A stretch of DNA of 64,000 bases from an uncultured Dehalococcoidales bacterium (GTDB lineage: Bacteria; Chloroflexota; Dehalococcoidia; GIF9; UBA5629): NCBI GenBank assembly GCA_964548415.1, contig CAZJQG010000004.1, forward strand, positions 4,259 through 68,258. Reading direction: 5' to 3'. Made by a program: the position numbers and the translations under genes. This document shows positions 63,024 through 64,000 of this stretch, in pieces. The notes under the pieces were generated by a model. That model was given only the letters and a program-made list of their open reading frames with translations. It did not search any database and was not told where the DNA came from. Numbering within the stretch: the stretch's first letter is position 1; each line of letters starts with the position of its first letter.

Positions 63024-63818
63024 TCAGGTGAGACCGGATAAAATGGCCGCCATATTTCCGCCAGCTGCAAGATGAGCCAATCGAGCGGGTTCAGGAAGCC
63101 GATAACCGCAGCAGCACTCCGTTACCCATTTCACGGCTGTCATCAGGTCAATCTTGTGTCCTATAGATACATATATTGGTTTCGTGCCGGTTTTACTACG
63201 GAGTACAGCGCCGATGATTTCACCGTTATCTGTCAGTTCGGCGTAACTGCCTGCCTCTGAGTCAATGGGTGGTTCTAAACCAGACAACCGGGATTTAGCG
63301 CAACCTATAGTAGGCAGGTCTAGCAGCAGGCCCAGATGTGAGGCAATTCCGAAACGCCTTGGGTGGGCGATTCCGTGTCCATCTACAATTAACAGGTCAG
63401 GCTCGATAGATAGTTTCCGCCAGGCGGCTAATATCAGTGGGGTCTCTCTAAAAGACAGGAGGCCAGGGACGTAGGGAAAGTTAAGCTCGTCCTCAGCTGT
63501 CTTTATCTCACGAACGCGAAGCTCAGGATAATTGATGACGACTACGGCGGCCCGCGCTGTCTTGCGTGCCTGTCCGGATGATATGTCGACACCGGCGATA
63601 AATCTAGGTTTGATGCCATTGCTTTGCCGAGACACCTGGCAAGCTAGTTCGAGCTGTATCTGTTTAGCCTGATTTATGCCGATTTGCCAGTCGTGCAAAT
63701 CCTTTATTTTCACATTACTGATTATAATAGCTGCTGTAATTAGAGGCAACATTAGCAGGAGAAGCGTATTGACAGTTTGGGTGAGTTTAGTGCATAATAG
63801 CCTACAAAAATTTCTCAA
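63024..63818 (-). CDS. nfi: Endonuclease V
   Basis: IAGVDIS...[18 protein letters not shown]...[22 protein letters not shown]...PTIGCAKS. The true start is probably downstream of 63818 (for example GTG at 63713), because the first ~35 codons look like a non-conserved extension. Confidence 0.85.
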   Translation of the reverse strand: MRNFCRLLCTKLTQTVNTLLLLMLPLITAAIIISNVKIKDLHDWQIGINQAKQIQLELACQVSRQSNGIKPRFIAGVDISSGQARKTARAAVVVINYPELRVREIKTAEDELNFPYVPGLLSFRETPLILAAWRKLSIEPDLLIVDGHGIAHPRRFGIASHLGLLLDLPTIGCAKSRLSGLEPPIDSEAGSYAELTDNGEIIGAVLRSKTGTKPIYVSIGHKIDLMTAVKWVTECCCGYRLPEPARLAHLAAGGNMAAILSGLT

Positions 63819-63843
63819 GGAGGCCTATCTAAATAGACAACCG

Positions 63844-64000
63844 ATGGTGAAGATTAGATTGCGGAGGATTGGTACCAGGAATAAACCCATTTATAGAATG
63901 GTTGTAACCGATGAACGTTCACCTCGTGACGGTAGATTTATCGAGATCATCGGACATTATAATCCTTTGATGGAGCCCACAAGCTTTGATGTTAATGAAG
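63844..64000 (+). CDS. rpsP: 30S ribosomal protein S16, 5' part (runs off the window; not in the supplied ORF track)
   Basis: The ATG at 63844 gives [42 protein letters not shown]..., the canonical S16 N-terminus. Confidence 0.9.
   Translation, partial: MVKIRLRRIGTRNKPIYRMVVTDERSPRDGRFIEIIGHYNPLMEPTSFDVNE

Noticed and set aside
1-64000. tRNA, rRNA, tmRNA, RNase P and SRP RNA genes.
   Set aside because: I scanned by eye for T-loop (GGTTCGAATCC-like) strings, the RNase P GAGGAAAGTCC box and the SRP GGAA / AGCA domain-IV motif, and found none. A tRNAscan/Infernal run would be needed for certainty.

Overview
This is a 64-kb chromosomal window of about 50% GC, densely coded on both strands. It probably comes from an uncultured, monoderm-like or Chloroflexota-like anaerobe, but the taxon cannot be proven from sequence alone. 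All calls rest on reading the supplied translations and the DNA by eye; no database search was run, and start codons are approximate.

The housekeeping backbone includes a fused ABC exporter, cyclophilin, ftsK, RNase J, family-4 UDG, TauE/DUF1634, rph, proA and proB. It also includes the CCA-adding enzyme, secD and secF, HDAC, DegV, radC, nfi and the 5' end of rpsP, which is missing from the ORF track. prfB carries its programmed +1 frameshift.

Four accessory themes stand out.

1. **Mosaic hairpin repeats.** Six intergenic regions in the first 17 kb are filled with a BIME-like family of hairpin repeats. The family is absent from the remaining 47 kb.
2. **FHA / Ser-Thr signalling cluster (8.6-15.9 kb).** It holds a zinc-ribbon-FHA protein, a PP2C phosphatase, an N-terminally anchored kinase and three paralogous single-pass FHA proteins. 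A divergent FHA plus OmpR-type winged-helix regulator sits alongside. CTGACA direct repeats with an 11-bp phase lie in the cluster's promoter regions.
3. **Cell-surface island (34.8-48.3 kb).** It contains two S8 proteases, a 1599-aa adhesin with three near-identical 222-nt tandem repeats, a small pilin-like secreted protein and anchored CARDB/NEW3-like proteins. Its two transcription units are each preceded by the same promoter (TTGACA-17-GATTAT). Each also carries a leader RNA that I read as a class-II c-di-GMP riboswitch with an ON-type terminator platform.
4. **NurA / HAS-barrel / HerA operon (54.5-58.0 kb).** Three translationally coupled genes, with a stand-alone HAS-barrel protein in the middle.

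I also flag a frameshifted DUF362 gene and a roughly 275-nt structured intergenic RNA candidate that ends in an intrinsic terminator.
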